Origin: Dehalococcoidia bacterium
Lineage (GTDB): Bacteria; Chloroflexota; Dehalococcoidia; Lucifugimonadales; JADFKI01
Assembly (NCBI GenBank): GCA_965207465.1
Contig: OZ242283.1
Location: 2,022,248 to 2,054,247 of the forward strand
Direction: 5' to 3'
DNA length: 32,000 nucleotides
Within the stretch, counting starts at the first letter, position 1. The number at the start of each line of letters is the position of its first letter. The notes beneath the pieces are model-generated. The model did no database searches, was not told the origin of the DNA, and saw only the letters and a list, made by a program, of their open reading frames with translations. Position numbers and translations under genes: made by a program. This document shows, piece by piece, positions 16,883-25,134 of the stretch.

Positions 16883-18280
16883 ATGGACGAGATTATCTAC
16901 GCATCGGCGAAGAGTATGGCGCGGGCGATTCGGGACAAGGAAGTGTCGGCGGTGGAGGTGGTGGAGGCGCATCTGGCGCGGATCGAGGAGGTGAATCCGG
17001 CTCTTAATGCGGTGGTTCAGCTTGCGACGGATCGCGCAAAGGTTGAGGCTGTGGAGGCGGATGCTGCGCTTGCGCGGGGTGAGGGCAAGGGCGCGCTGCA
17101 TGGGGTGCCGTTTACGCTGAAGGACTCGATTGATACTGAGGGCGTGGTTACGACGGGCGGAACGATGGGGCGCAAGGACTTTGTGCCTGATGCGGATGCG
17201 ACGGTTACGGCGCGGCTGCGCGCGGCGGGGGGCATACTGCTGGGCAAGACGAATACGCCGGAACTTACTTATGCGGGCGAGACGGATAATCTGGTGTATG
17301 GGCGGACGAACAACCCGTTCGACGTTAGCCGCGCACCGGGCGGCAGCAGCGGGGGCGCGGGGGCTATCGTATGCTGCGGGGGCGCGGCGTTCGACATCGG
17401 CAGCGACACGGGCGGCAGCATACGCGGACCGGCGCACTACTGCGGCATTGCGGGAATCAAGCCGAACTCAGGGCGCGTTCCGCGCACGGGGCATATCGTG
17501 CCGCACGGTCTGGGCGCACTCGACTCGCTGACGCAGAACGGGCCGATGGCGCGGTATGTGGAAGACCTTGCACTCATCATGCCGATCATATCCGGTCCCG
17601 ACTGGAGCGATCCTTTCATACCGCCGGTGACACTTGGCGACCCGGCAGATGTGGATATAAGCGGGCTGCGCGTCTGTTTCTACACGGACAACGGCGTGCG
17701 TACTCCCACTGCGGAGATAATGTCGGCGGTGCGGAATGCGGCTGCCGCGCTCGACGATGTGTGCGCGTCCGTCGAAGAGGACTTGCCGCGCGTCATTGGA
17801 GAGAATCCTGAAATAGCGGAGATGCTGCGTCAAGGGGACGGTCAGGCAGGGGCGCACCGGCTACTGGCGCAGTACGGCACGACCGAGACGCATGAATGGA
17901 TGACAAGACAGCTGGAAAAGTCTAGCGAAAGAGTCGTTCCGGTTGGCGAGTACACGGAAGTTCTAGAGCAGGTGGACGCCTATCGCAGCGCTATGCTGGG
18001 GTTCATGCAGAACTACGATGTCATTATCTGCCCGGTGTCATCGTTTGCAGCGCTCCCGCACGGACTGTCCATGACGGACGAGTACCGCTCAGGCATGAAC
18101 TATACTGGTACATACAACATCACGGGCTGGCCCTCGACCGTGGTGCGCGCGGGCACTTCGCCGGACGGCCTACCCATAGGCGTGCAGGCGGTGGCGCGTC
18201 CGTGGCGAGAGGATGTGTCGCTGGCGGTGGCGCAGTACCTCGAAGGCGCGCTCGGCGGCTGGCAGAAGCCTCCGATGTGA
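16883..18280 (+). CDS. Amidase-signature family amidase, paralogue 3
   Basis: Same motifs as paralogues 1 and 2. By eye, roughly four-fifths of its positions are identical to paralogue 2. Confidence 0.9.
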   Translation: MDEIIYASAKSMARAIRDKEVSAVEVVEAHLARIEEVNPALNAVVQLATDRAKVEAVEADAALARGEGKGALHGVPFTLKDSIDTEGVVTTGGTMGRKDFVPDADATVTARLRAAGGILLGKTNTPELTYAGETDNLVYGRTNNPFDVSRAPGGSSGGAGAIVCCGGAAFDIGSDTGGSIRGPAHYCGIAGIKPNSGRVPRTGHIVPHGLGALDSLTQNGPMARYVEDLALIMPIISGPDWSDPFIPPVTLGDPADVDISGLRVCFYTDNGVRTPTAEIMSAVRNAAAALDDVCASVEEDLPRVIGENPEIAEMLRQGDGQAGAHRLLAQYGTTETHEWMTRQLEKSSERVVPVGEYTEVLEQVDAYRSAMLGFMQNYDVIICPVSSFAALPHGLSMTDEYRSGMNYTGTYNITGWPSTVVRAGTSPDGLPIGVQAVARPWREDVSLAVAQYLEGALGGWQKPPM

Positions 18281-18313
18281 CTCTAACAGGATGTACAGGA
18301 TGGATAGGATAGG
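18281..18313 (+). repeat. Junction motif copy J4 (CTCTAACAGGATGTACAGGATGGATAGGATAGG)
   Basis: Starts immediately after the amidase 3 stop and ends 8 nt before ATG 18322. Confidence 0.65.
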
Positions 18314-18321
18314 CTTTGCCG

Positions 18322-20277
18322 ATGCGCTCACGGTTTTGGCTTGCTATGTGCTGCGTGATTGTCGTATTGGCGGCGGCGCAGGCGCTTGGCACGCAGGGCG
18401 GCGCAGGGATTGTGAACGCACAGGCGCCGGTCGATTATGATCTGAACGATGACGGCTTAATCGAAGTCACTTACCTGGAGCAGCTTGACGCTATACGCTG
18501 GGACCCGCAAGGCGACGGGCATGTGGATGACGGCTATGCGGGGGATGCCTATGAATCGGCGTTCCCCAACGCTGAAGACGGCATGGGATGCTACGAACCC
18601 TGCGTTGGCTACGAACTGACCCGCAACCTTGACTTCGACAACCCTCGCAGCTACGCATCAGGGTCGGTCAACAGGGAATGGACACACGAAGCCGGCTGGC
18701 TTCCCATTGACGGCTTCTCCGCCGTCTTCGTGGGCAACGGCAATACGATAGCAAATCTCTACATAGACCGAGCGGGCGACGCCGATACGGGGAGTACGGG
18801 GCTATTCGGCTTCGCGGGTAGCGAGTCGCACATAGACGGGGTGGGCTTGCTGGCAGTCGATGTTCTGGGCGGCGACAATGTCGGGGGGCTGGTCGGGCAG
18901 AACGAGGGAGCGGTTACCGACAGCTATGTTCGGGGAGAAATCCGTGGACTGGATAATGTCGGGGGCTTGGTGGGACTCCAGTACGGCGCAGTCAGCGGCA
19001 GCCACTCCTCCGGCGAAGTCGCCGGAAATACAAACGTGGGCGGCTTGATCGGGAAGGTCGGCGGCGCCTTTGCCGTAAGTCTCAGCTACTCAACCGCGTT
19101 CGTAACGGGGCTTGATGTGGTCGGCGGGCTGGTGGGTTTGAACTACGCTGGTCCCATTACCCAGTGCTATGCGACGGGAAGAGTGAAGGGAAGGGGAAGC
19201 ATCGGCGGGCTGGTGGGTCGCAACTGGGGGACCGTCACCGCGACATACGCCACGGGGAGGGTGCATGGCAACCTTCTCACCGGCGGTCTGATTGGCGCGA
19301 ACGAAGGCACGCTCATCTCCAGCTACGCGACGGGCTGGGTCAACGGCAAAGACCATTCCGGCGGCCTGGCAGGGAGCAACGGCGGGACTGTCTTCGGCAG
19401 CTATTCGATAGGCAGGGCAACGGGAATACGAGCCGTTGGCGGGCTGATAGGAAGCAATGACGGCGACATTATTGATAGCTACTGGGATACGGAGAAGTCT
19501 CGCACATCGGTGGGCGTTCGCAACAAGGCGAGCGGCGCGAAGGGGCTTACCTCGAAACGTCTGCGAGCGCCTTCCGGCTATACGGGCATATACGGCGACT
19601 GGAACATAGACACCGACAACGCCGACAGGGACAATGACGAAAGCACGGGCAGAGAAGACTACTGGGACTTCGGCCACAGGGGAAACTATCCGTTGCTGAA
19701 GGCGGACTTCGACGGCGATGGAGCCGCCACCTGGTGGGACTTCGGCAACCAACATGGCCGCAGATTAGCGCCGACGCGCACGCCCAGTCCGACTGTTACG
19801 GCCACGCCGAGACCTACGCGCACGCCTACCGTCACGCATACGCCTACAAGTACGGTTACGCCAACAGCAACGGCGACGCCGGATCCGACATATACCGCGA
19901 CTTCGACGCGCACAGCCATCCCTACGGCGACACGAACTCCAACCCGCACGGCTACGCCGACTCATACGCCCGTGCCAACCGTTACACCAACATCGACGCC
20001 CGCGCCGACAGCCACGCCCTTTGTCGTAGTAGTTACGGCAACTCCGGGACCGCCTCCGCCGACTCAAACGCCGTTCGTCGTCTTTGTGACGGTTATAGCT
20101 CCAACTAGCACGCCCGCGCCTATCGAGACACCTGCTACGCAGCCCCCGTCAGCAGGAGGTTGCGGGCTTTCGGGAAGAGTGCCGTTAGGCGCTGCCTCCG
20201 CCAATATGTTGATACTGGTCGCGCCCTTATTCATTTTGGGATGCGCTAGGTATTTTCGGAAGCAAAAGGCTAATTGA
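18322..20277 (+). CDS. Secreted GLUG-repeat (beta-helix-like) protein with a Pro/Thr-rich stalk and a C-terminal membrane anchor
   Basis: Signal peptide MRSRFWLAMCCVIVVLAAAQA. Eight (V/I/T/S)GGL(V/I/A)G repeats spaced about 22-24 aa apart (GLUG motif). Asp-rich calcium-site-like segments (DLNDDG, DTDNADRDNDES, DFDGDG). A ~130-aa T/P-rich linker. The tail is GGCGLSGRVPLGAASANMLILVAPLFILGCARYFRKQKAN. The ORF track starts at TTG 18316. Confidence 0.8.
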   Translation: MRSRFWLAMCCVIVVLAAAQALGTQGGAGIVNAQAPVDYDLNDDGLIEVTYLEQLDAIRWDPQGDGHVDDGYAGDAYESAFPNAEDGMGCYEPCVGYELTRNLDFDNPRSYASGSVNREWTHEAGWLPIDGFSAVFVGNGNTIANLYIDRAGDADTGSTGLFGFAGSESHIDGVGLLAVDVLGGDNVGGLVGQNEGAVTDSYVRGEIRGLDNVGGLVGLQYGAVSGSHSSGEVAGNTNVGGLIGKVGGAFAVSLSYSTAFVTGLDVVGGLVGLNYAGPITQCYATGRVKGRGSIGGLVGRNWGTVTATYATGRVHGNLLTGGLIGANEGTLISSYATGWVNGKDHSGGLAGSNGGTVFGSYSIGRATGIRAVGGLIGSNDGDIIDSYWDTEKSRTSVGVRNKASGAKGLTSKRLRAPSGYTGIYGDWNIDTDNADRDNDESTGREDYWDFGHRGNYPLLKADFDGDGAATWWDFGNQHGRRLAPTRTPSPTVTATPRPTRTPTVTHTPTSTVTPTATATPDPTYTATSTRTAIPTATRTPTRTATPTHTPVPTVTPTSTPAPTATPFVVVVTATPGPPPPTQTPFVVFVTVIAPTSTPAPIETPATQPPSAGGCGLSGRVPLGAASANMLILVAPLFILGCARYFRKQKAN

Positions 20278-20377
20278 CAAAGGCTAGGCTCGGTGCTAAT
20301 CTCATGCTGATAATCTATATTTGGCATGGCAATGGGGGCATGTTGCCCTCCGGCCGAAATTAACTGGGAGGGCAGAT

Positions 20378-21802
20378 ATGGCACGATCCGAAGTTTTCTA
20401 TATGGATGCCCATTCGGAATCCACGGAGACTAGCCTCGTCGCAAAAATGACCACGGTGTTCGATGCCGCCGGGCTTGACGAGATGATTAAGCCCAACGAC
20501 ATCGTGGCTATCAAGGTCCACTGCGGCGAGTGGAACAACACGGCGTACCTGCGCCCCGTCTATGCGCGGGCGCTGGCAGACCGAATCAAGGAGCTGGGCG
20601 GACGACCTTTCGTCTGCGACACGACGACCTCCACCTACTCGCCCTGGGGTTCCCGCTCCAGCGAGCTGGACATCCTGCTGACGGCAGAGCGCAACGGCTA
20701 CAACTCGGCGACGCTGGGCTGCCCGTTCATCTGCGCGGACGGCTTCATCGGCACGAGCGACTTCCGCGTTGACATCCCCGAAGGCTACCTGCTGAAGGAA
20801 GCCTATGTCGCGCAGGCAATCGCGGCTGCGGACGCGCTCATCACGCTGACCCACTTCAAGGGGCACGGCATGGGCGTCATCGGCGGCGCGCTGAAGAACC
20901 TCGGAATCGGCGCACAGTCGAAGCGCGGCAAGCTGAACGTCCACATGGGCGGTCATCCGAACTACGGCTACGGCGCGGCGGCGATATTCCATCCGGAGCG
21001 CTTCCAGGGCAAGGAGAACACGCCTGACTGGGAGATTCTTGAGGACTGCTGCCCGTTCGACCTGTATCACATCAACGAGAACGACGAGCTTGAGTGGGAC
21101 CGCGACCGCTGCGCGACCTGCCTGGGCTGCTTCGGCGTTATGGGCCCGCGCGGTCTCGCCGAAATCCCACCCGTCAACTTCGACGCAGTTGACGTCGCCA
21201 TCGCGGACGCCTGCCTAGGCGTTGAGAAGGCGGTAGGACGCGACAAGGTCGGCTACATCAACATGGCAATCGACATCTCGCCGAAGTGCGACTGCGGCAA
21301 CCATTCCGATGTGCCGATAGTCCCGCACCTGGGCGTGTTCGCCAGCAAGGACGCGGTAGCCATCGACATGGCGTGCGTTGACAAGGCGAAGGAGTCGCCG
21401 GGCATGCCGGGTTCCGCTTCCGAGATGATGGAAGCGCACCATCCGGGCGACAACAAGTTCGAGGCAGCTGCCGCGACCTTCCACGGTCAGAGCGAGGTTG
21501 CGAGCATCAACACCGGTCACGAGATCGGCTTGGGCAGCCGCGACTACACGCTGATCGAGGTCCCGCCGCAGCATGCCGACATGCACAAGTTCCCGTATGA
21601 CCGCAGGCCCAGCCGCCAGCGGTTCAAGGAGCGCTTCGAGAAGTTCCAGCCGTTCCCGTATGACAGGCACGATGGCAAGGGCTTCAAGCGCAACGACGTC
21701 GTTGACTTCGAGCGCGTGAAGCAGCACTACGACCATGCGACCAACGGTCACCATGAGGAGATCGAGATCAGGGAGCTTCAGCCTGCCGACGACGACGAAT
21801 AG
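20378..21802 (+). CDS. COG2768/DUF362-family putative Fe-S protein
   Basis: VAIKVHCGEWNNTAYLRPVYARALADRIKELGGRPFVCDTTT, THFKGHGMGVIGGALKNLGIGAQSKRGK and CATCLGC match the DUF362 / uncharacterised Fe-S centre protein pattern. The start is ATG 20378, with GGGAGGG 6 nt upstream. Confidence 0.8.
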   Translation: MARSEVFYMDAHSESTETSLVAKMTTVFDAAGLDEMIKPNDIVAIKVHCGEWNNTAYLRPVYARALADRIKELGGRPFVCDTTTSTYSPWGSRSSELDILLTAERNGYNSATLGCPFICADGFIGTSDFRVDIPEGYLLKEAYVAQAIAAADALITLTHFKGHGMGVIGGALKNLGIGAQSKRGKLNVHMGGHPNYGYGAAAIFHPERFQGKENTPDWEILEDCCPFDLYHINENDELEWDRDRCATCLGCFGVMGPRGLAEIPPVNFDAVDVAIADACLGVEKAVGRDKVGYINMAIDISPKCDCGNHSDVPIVPHLGVFASKDAVAIDMACVDKAKESPGMPGSASEMMEAHHPGDNKFEAAAATFHGQSEVASINTGHEIGLGSRDYTLIEVPPQHADMHKFPYDRRPSRQRFKERFEKFQPFPYDRHDGKGFKRNDVVDFERVKQHYDHATNGHHEEIEIRELQPADDDE

Positions 21803-21813
21803 GGTTTCAGAGC

Positions 21814-21894
21814 CATTCCTGAATCGAGTTCAGGACAGGCTCTAACCCCTGCCTTCGCAGGGGCAGGCTCTTCCCCCATCAAGGGGGAAGGGAC
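21814..21894 (+). repeat. REP-like double/triple hairpin element
   Basis: CCTGAA-TCGAG-TTCAGG (21818-21834), linker ACAGGCTCTAA, CCCCTG-CCTTCG-CAGGGG (21846-21863), linker CAGGCTC, TTCCCCC-ATCAA-GGGGGAA (21871-21889). Same family as 15072-15334 and 24193-24257. Confidence 0.8.
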
Positions 21895-21912
21895 TTTGGG
21901 CGATGAATAGAA

Positions 21913-21948
21913 GGGACGCCGTTCTGTTATGGGCGGCGTCCCTTTTAC
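21913..21948 (+). terminator. Rho-independent terminator after the DUF362 gene
   Basis: Stem GGGACGCCG (21913-21921) pairs with CGGCGTCCC (21934-21942), followed by TTTTAC. Confidence 0.7.
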
Positions 21949-22039
21949 TGTGTGCTCATGCGAACGGCTGCTTGCGTCTTAATTGTGCCCGATGCTATGG
22001 TAGAAATAGCAAGCGCAAATCTACCGTCAAGGAAGTTCT

Positions 22040-22297
22040 ATGAGCCTAAACATCAAGAACGAAGAAACCCATCGACTGGCGAGGGAACTGGCGCATCTTA
22101 CCGGCGAGACGATGACCGGCGCGATTACGATAGCGTTGGCGGAGCGTCTGAAACGAGAGAGACGTGCGCGGAGCGCGGAGACGCGCGCGAGCCAACTTCA
22201 CGCTATCGGGAAGCGCTGCGCCCGTCTGATTCACGATGGCCCGTCGGCAATCGAGCATGGAGACTTCCTATATGACGAGAGCGGATTGCCGAAGTGA
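22040..22297 (+). CDS. vapB: Type II antitoxin, VapB/FitA-like
   Basis: 85 aa. MSLNIKNEETHRLARELAHLTGETMTGAITIALAERL is the typical N-terminus of this antitoxin family. The gene overlaps the PIN-domain gene by 4 nt. Confidence 0.8.
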   Translation: MSLNIKNEETHRLARELAHLTGETMTGAITIALAERLKRERRARSAETRASQLHAIGKRCARLIHDGPSAIEHGDFLYDESGLPK

Positions 22298-22698
22298 TAG
22301 TCGATACGTCGGCGCTCCTTGCGGTGTTGTTCGATGAGCCGGACGCCATATTCTACGCAAGAACGATAGCGGAAGCTCCGAACTGCCGCATGTCGGTGGC
22401 GAACTTCGTGGAAGCGGCTTTCGTTGTCGAAGGTCGGGCAGGGATTGCAGGCGGGCATGATCTCGATCTATTCTTAGAAACCGCTTCGATTGAGTTGGAG
22501 CCGGTTACCGTCGAGCAGGCGCGGGCGGCGCACCAAACATGGCGCAGATTTGGAAAGGGCAACCATCCCGCCGGATTGAATTTCGGCGACTGCTTCGCCT
22601 ACGCCCTGGCAGAAATCACTGGAGAACCCCTCCTCTACAAGGGTGATGATTTCGCTATCACCGACGTGGAGACTATCCAATTAAAGTTGGATTCATGA
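22294..22698 (+). CDS. vapC: Type II toxin, VapC (PIN-domain ribonuclease)
   Basis: IVDTSALLAVL (first acidic PIN residue), a central E/D, and C-terminal GDCFAYALAEITGEPLLYKGDDF. The GTG start overlaps the vapB stop (GTGA). Confidence 0.85.
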   Translation: MIVDTSALLAVLFDEPDAIFYARTIAEAPNCRMSVANFVEAAFVVEGRAGIAGGHDLDLFLETASIELEPVTVEQARAAHQTWRRFGKGNHPAGLNFGDCFAYALAEITGEPLLYKGDDFAITDVETIQLKLDS

Positions 22699-22746
22699 CG
22701 ATACCCGATCGCGGTCGGGCACATGCTTCACAAATCCCATAATGCT

Positions 22747-22831
22747 GTCATTCCGAACGCAGTGAGGAATCTGAAATCGCTGCATTCAAACCTGTTTCCA
22801 ACTTCAGATTTCTCGCTTCGCTCGAAATGAC
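22747..22831. repeat. Long imperfect inverted repeat (29-nt arms, 27-nt loop), REP-like
   Basis: Arm 1 is GTCATTCCGAACGCAGTGAGGAATCTGAA (22747-22775). Arm 2 is TTCAGATTTCTCGCTTCGCTCGAAATGAC (22803-22831). Of 29 positions, 24 are Watson-Crick pairs, 2 are G:U and 3 are mismatches. ORFs 22728..22928 and 22748..22954 read through it and are probably spurious. Confidence 0.75.
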
Positions 22832-22944
22832 AGGGATAGATTGCATCTGTGGAATACTCTTGATATGCGGTGGTTTGACAGGGACGGGAATGGACGGCAA
22901 AATATGAGACAGCAAACACAACTCGCAATGGAGGTACTTAAGAA

Positions 22945-23268
22945 ATGCCAGCATCCGGACAGGACCTACTTGAGGAGTCGATAGACAACTGCCAGCAGAT
23001 TGTGGCGGGCCTCGGCACAGTTAACGAATCGTGGGAGACTTCGATAGTTGAAATACTGGAGAAGTTCGACGAGATAAGCGACACCTTCTTCTTCAAGACG
23101 ATGCCCAGCGTACCCGCGGCGCGCGCAGTGGTGCGCGATTCCGAGTCCGTCCTTGCATTGCGTCAGTCGGAGGAGTGGGACGAATTCGGCACGGCGATTA
23201 CGACGCTCATCGCGTCCTCGCAGAACCTCATCGAAAAGGCAGGGATGAAGGGAGTGACGCTGACGTGA
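22945..23268 (+). CDS. Hypothetical acidic protein (107 aa), translationally coupled to the SDR gene
   Basis: GGAGG sits 9 nt upstream of the ATG. The stop overlaps the downstream GTG start (GTGA at 23265-23268). No motif is recognisable. Confidence 0.55.
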   Translation: MPASGQDLLEESIDNCQQIVAGLGTVNESWETSIVEILEKFDEISDTFFFKTMPSVPAARAVVRDSESVLALRQSEEWDEFGTAITTLIASSQNLIEKAGMKGVTLT

Positions 23269-24155
23269 GCGGCATTGTTCTTGTTACGGGAGGCGCGGGC
23301 AGCGTGGGCCGCATGCTGGTGGAGAAGCTGGTGGCGGACGGTCAGGGCGTGCGTATATTCGACCTGCCTTTCATGGACTTTTCCGGTCTGGAGGACAGGG
23401 ACGGCATAGAGATTGTCAAGGGCGACATCACGGACGAGGCGCAGGTGGCGGACGCGATTTATACTGATGATGACGGGGGCGTGAGTTCCGTCGTTCACCT
23501 GGCTGCGCTTCTGCCGCCGAACAGCGAGCGCGACCGCGACCGCACATTCGGCGTGAATGTGGGCGGCACGGAGAACATCATCAAGGCGATGGAAGCCGGC
23601 GCGCCCGACGCTACACTGATATTCACATCGTCTATCAGCACCTACGGGAACACGATGGACGAAGAGCCGCCGGTGCGCGTTGAACACACACAGTCCGCCA
23701 TCGATATATACGCGGACAGCAAGATTGTGGGCGAACGCATGGTGCGCGAATCGTCGCTGAACTGGATTGCGATGCGGATCGCGGGCATTATGGTGCCCGC
23801 GTTCATGGAGCCGCCAAGCCCGTGGCCTTTCGTCGCCGAGCAGCGCGTCGAGATGGTGCATCGGGACGATGTGGTGGACGCTCTGTTCGCGTCCGTGAAC
23901 GCGCCTGATGCGGCGAACAAGGTTCTGAATATCGCGGGCGGTCCCACATGGCAGATGCGCGGCGAGGACTACGCGCGCGACTTCTATGGCTTTATGGGCG
24001 CGCCGTTCGAGGATGTCGATTACCGCCAGTCGCCAGGCTGGGTGGACTGGTACGACACTGAGGAGTCGCAGCGGCTGCTGAGTTATCAGAACAGGTCGTA
24101 TCAGCACTACTCGGACGAGATGCACGCTATCATAGAGGCGATGATGGCGGAGTGA
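23265..24155 (+). CDS. NAD-dependent epimerase/dehydratase (extended SDR)
   Basis: VLVTGGAGSVGRMLVEKL (TGxxGxxG) and the catalytic YADSK (YxxxK). The start is set at GTG 23265; the ORF track extends to 23175 inside the upstream gene. Confidence 0.85.
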   Translation: MSGIVLVTGGAGSVGRMLVEKLVADGQGVRIFDLPFMDFSGLEDRDGIEIVKGDITDEAQVADAIYTDDDGGVSSVVHLAALLPPNSERDRDRTFGVNVGGTENIIKAMEAGAPDATLIFTSSISTYGNTMDEEPPVRVEHTQSAIDIYADSKIVGERMVRESSLNWIAMRIAGIMVPAFMEPPSPWPFVAEQRVEMVHRDDVVDALFASVNAPDAANKVLNIAGGPTWQMRGEDYARDFYGFMGAPFEDVDYRQSPGWVDWYDTEESQRLLSYQNRSYQHYSDEMHAIIEAMMAE

Positions 24156-24160
24156 AACGG

Positions 24161-24191
24161 GGGCTAACAAGATATACAGGATGGACAGGAT
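24161..24191 (+). repeat. Junction motif copy J5 (GGGCTAACAAGATATACAGGATGGACAGGAT)
   Basis: Begins 6 nt after the SDR stop and is fused directly to a REP-like element. Confidence 0.65.
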
Positions 24192-24192
24192 T

Positions 24193-24257
24193 TCACCCCC
24201 ATTCCTGAATCGAGTTCAGGACAGGCTCTAACCTTCCCCCATCAAGGGGGAAGGGAC
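24193..24257 (+). repeat. REP-like double hairpin element
   Basis: TCACCCCCATT, then CCTGAA-TCGAG-TTCAGG (24204-24220), linker ACAGGCTCTAA, then CCTTCCCCC-ATCAA-GGGGGAAGG (24232-24254), then GAC. Confidence 0.8.
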
Positions 24258-24276
24258 TAGCGGCGGAGGGATAGGC

Positions 24277-25131
24277 ATGGCGATGCAGGCTGAAGCTACA
24301 CGAACAATCGAAGAGAAGATGGATGCGCTGAAGTCGATCCTTGCGGATATGGGGTCGGTGATAGTGGCGTACTCCGGGGGGACGGACAGCGCGTTTCTCG
24401 CTGCCACGGCATACGATGTGCTTGGCGATAAGGCGCTTGCCGTTACCGCGAAGTCACCGAGCCTCGCGCCGTCGGAGCTTCGGGAAGCTATCGAGCTTGC
24501 GGAGCGACTGGGCTTTCGCCACCGTATCGTCGAGACACACGAGGTAGAGCGAGAAGACTACGCGGCGAACAATCCCAATCGCTGCTTCTTCTGCAAGGAC
24601 GAGCTGTACACCTACCTGAGCAGCTACGCGGAGGAAGAGGGCTGGAACAGTATCGTCAATGGCACGAACACGGACGACCTGGGCGACTTCAGGCCCGGCC
24701 TGAACGCGGCCAAGCAGTACGGTGTCCGCAGCCCGATGGTCGAGGCGGACCTGTCCAAGCCTGAAATCCGCGAACTGTCGAAGGATATGGACCTGCCGAC
24801 ATGGGACAAGCCGGCGCAGGCGTGCCTGTCATCGCGCATTCCTTACGGCTCTATGGTCACCGTCGAAGCGCTGACGCGCATCGCGCAGGCGGAAGAGTAC
24901 CTGCACGATGTCATCGGCATACGCCAGCTTCGCGTGCGCCACCACGACACGGTAGCGCGCATAGAGGTGGAACCTCAGGACTTCATTACGCTGACCGACG
25001 AAGCCGTGCGCGAACAGATCGTTAGCAAGTTCCGCGAGATCGGCTACTCCTATGTGACGCTCGACCTGCAGGGCTTCCGCTCAGGGAGCATGAACGAGGT
25101 GCTTGCCGCGCTGCGGGCGAAGTCGGGCTAA
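24277..25131 (+). CDS. larE: LarE-type ATP-dependent sulfur transferase (PP-loop, TIGR00268-like)
   Basis: PP-loop VAYSGGTDSAF, plus NRCFFCKDELY and the conserved Cys context QACLSSRIPYG. Confidence 0.8.
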   Translation: MAMQAEATRTIEEKMDALKSILADMGSVIVAYSGGTDSAFLAATAYDVLGDKALAVTAKSPSLAPSELREAIELAERLGFRHRIVETHEVEREDYAANNPNRCFFCKDELYTYLSSYAEEEGWNSIVNGTNTDDLGDFRPGLNAAKQYGVRSPMVEADLSKPEIRELSKDMDLPTWDKPAQACLSSRIPYGSMVTVEALTRIAQAEEYLHDVIGIRQLRVRHHDTVARIEVEPQDFITLTDEAVREQIVSKFREIGYSYVTLDLQGFRSGSMNEVLAALRAKSG

Positions 25132-25134
25132 GCT

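Noticed and set aside
19770-20150. DNA-level low-complexity repeat (ACGCC/ACNCC periodicity)
   Set aside because: It is explained by the Pro/Thr-rich linker of the GLUG protein coding sequence and is not an independent repeat element.
22728-22954. ORFs 22728..22928(-) and 22748..22954(-)
   Set aside because: They read through both arms of the long inverted repeat. Their peptides (…FERSEKSE…, …SSEARNL…) are characteristic repeat-derived pseudo-ORFs.
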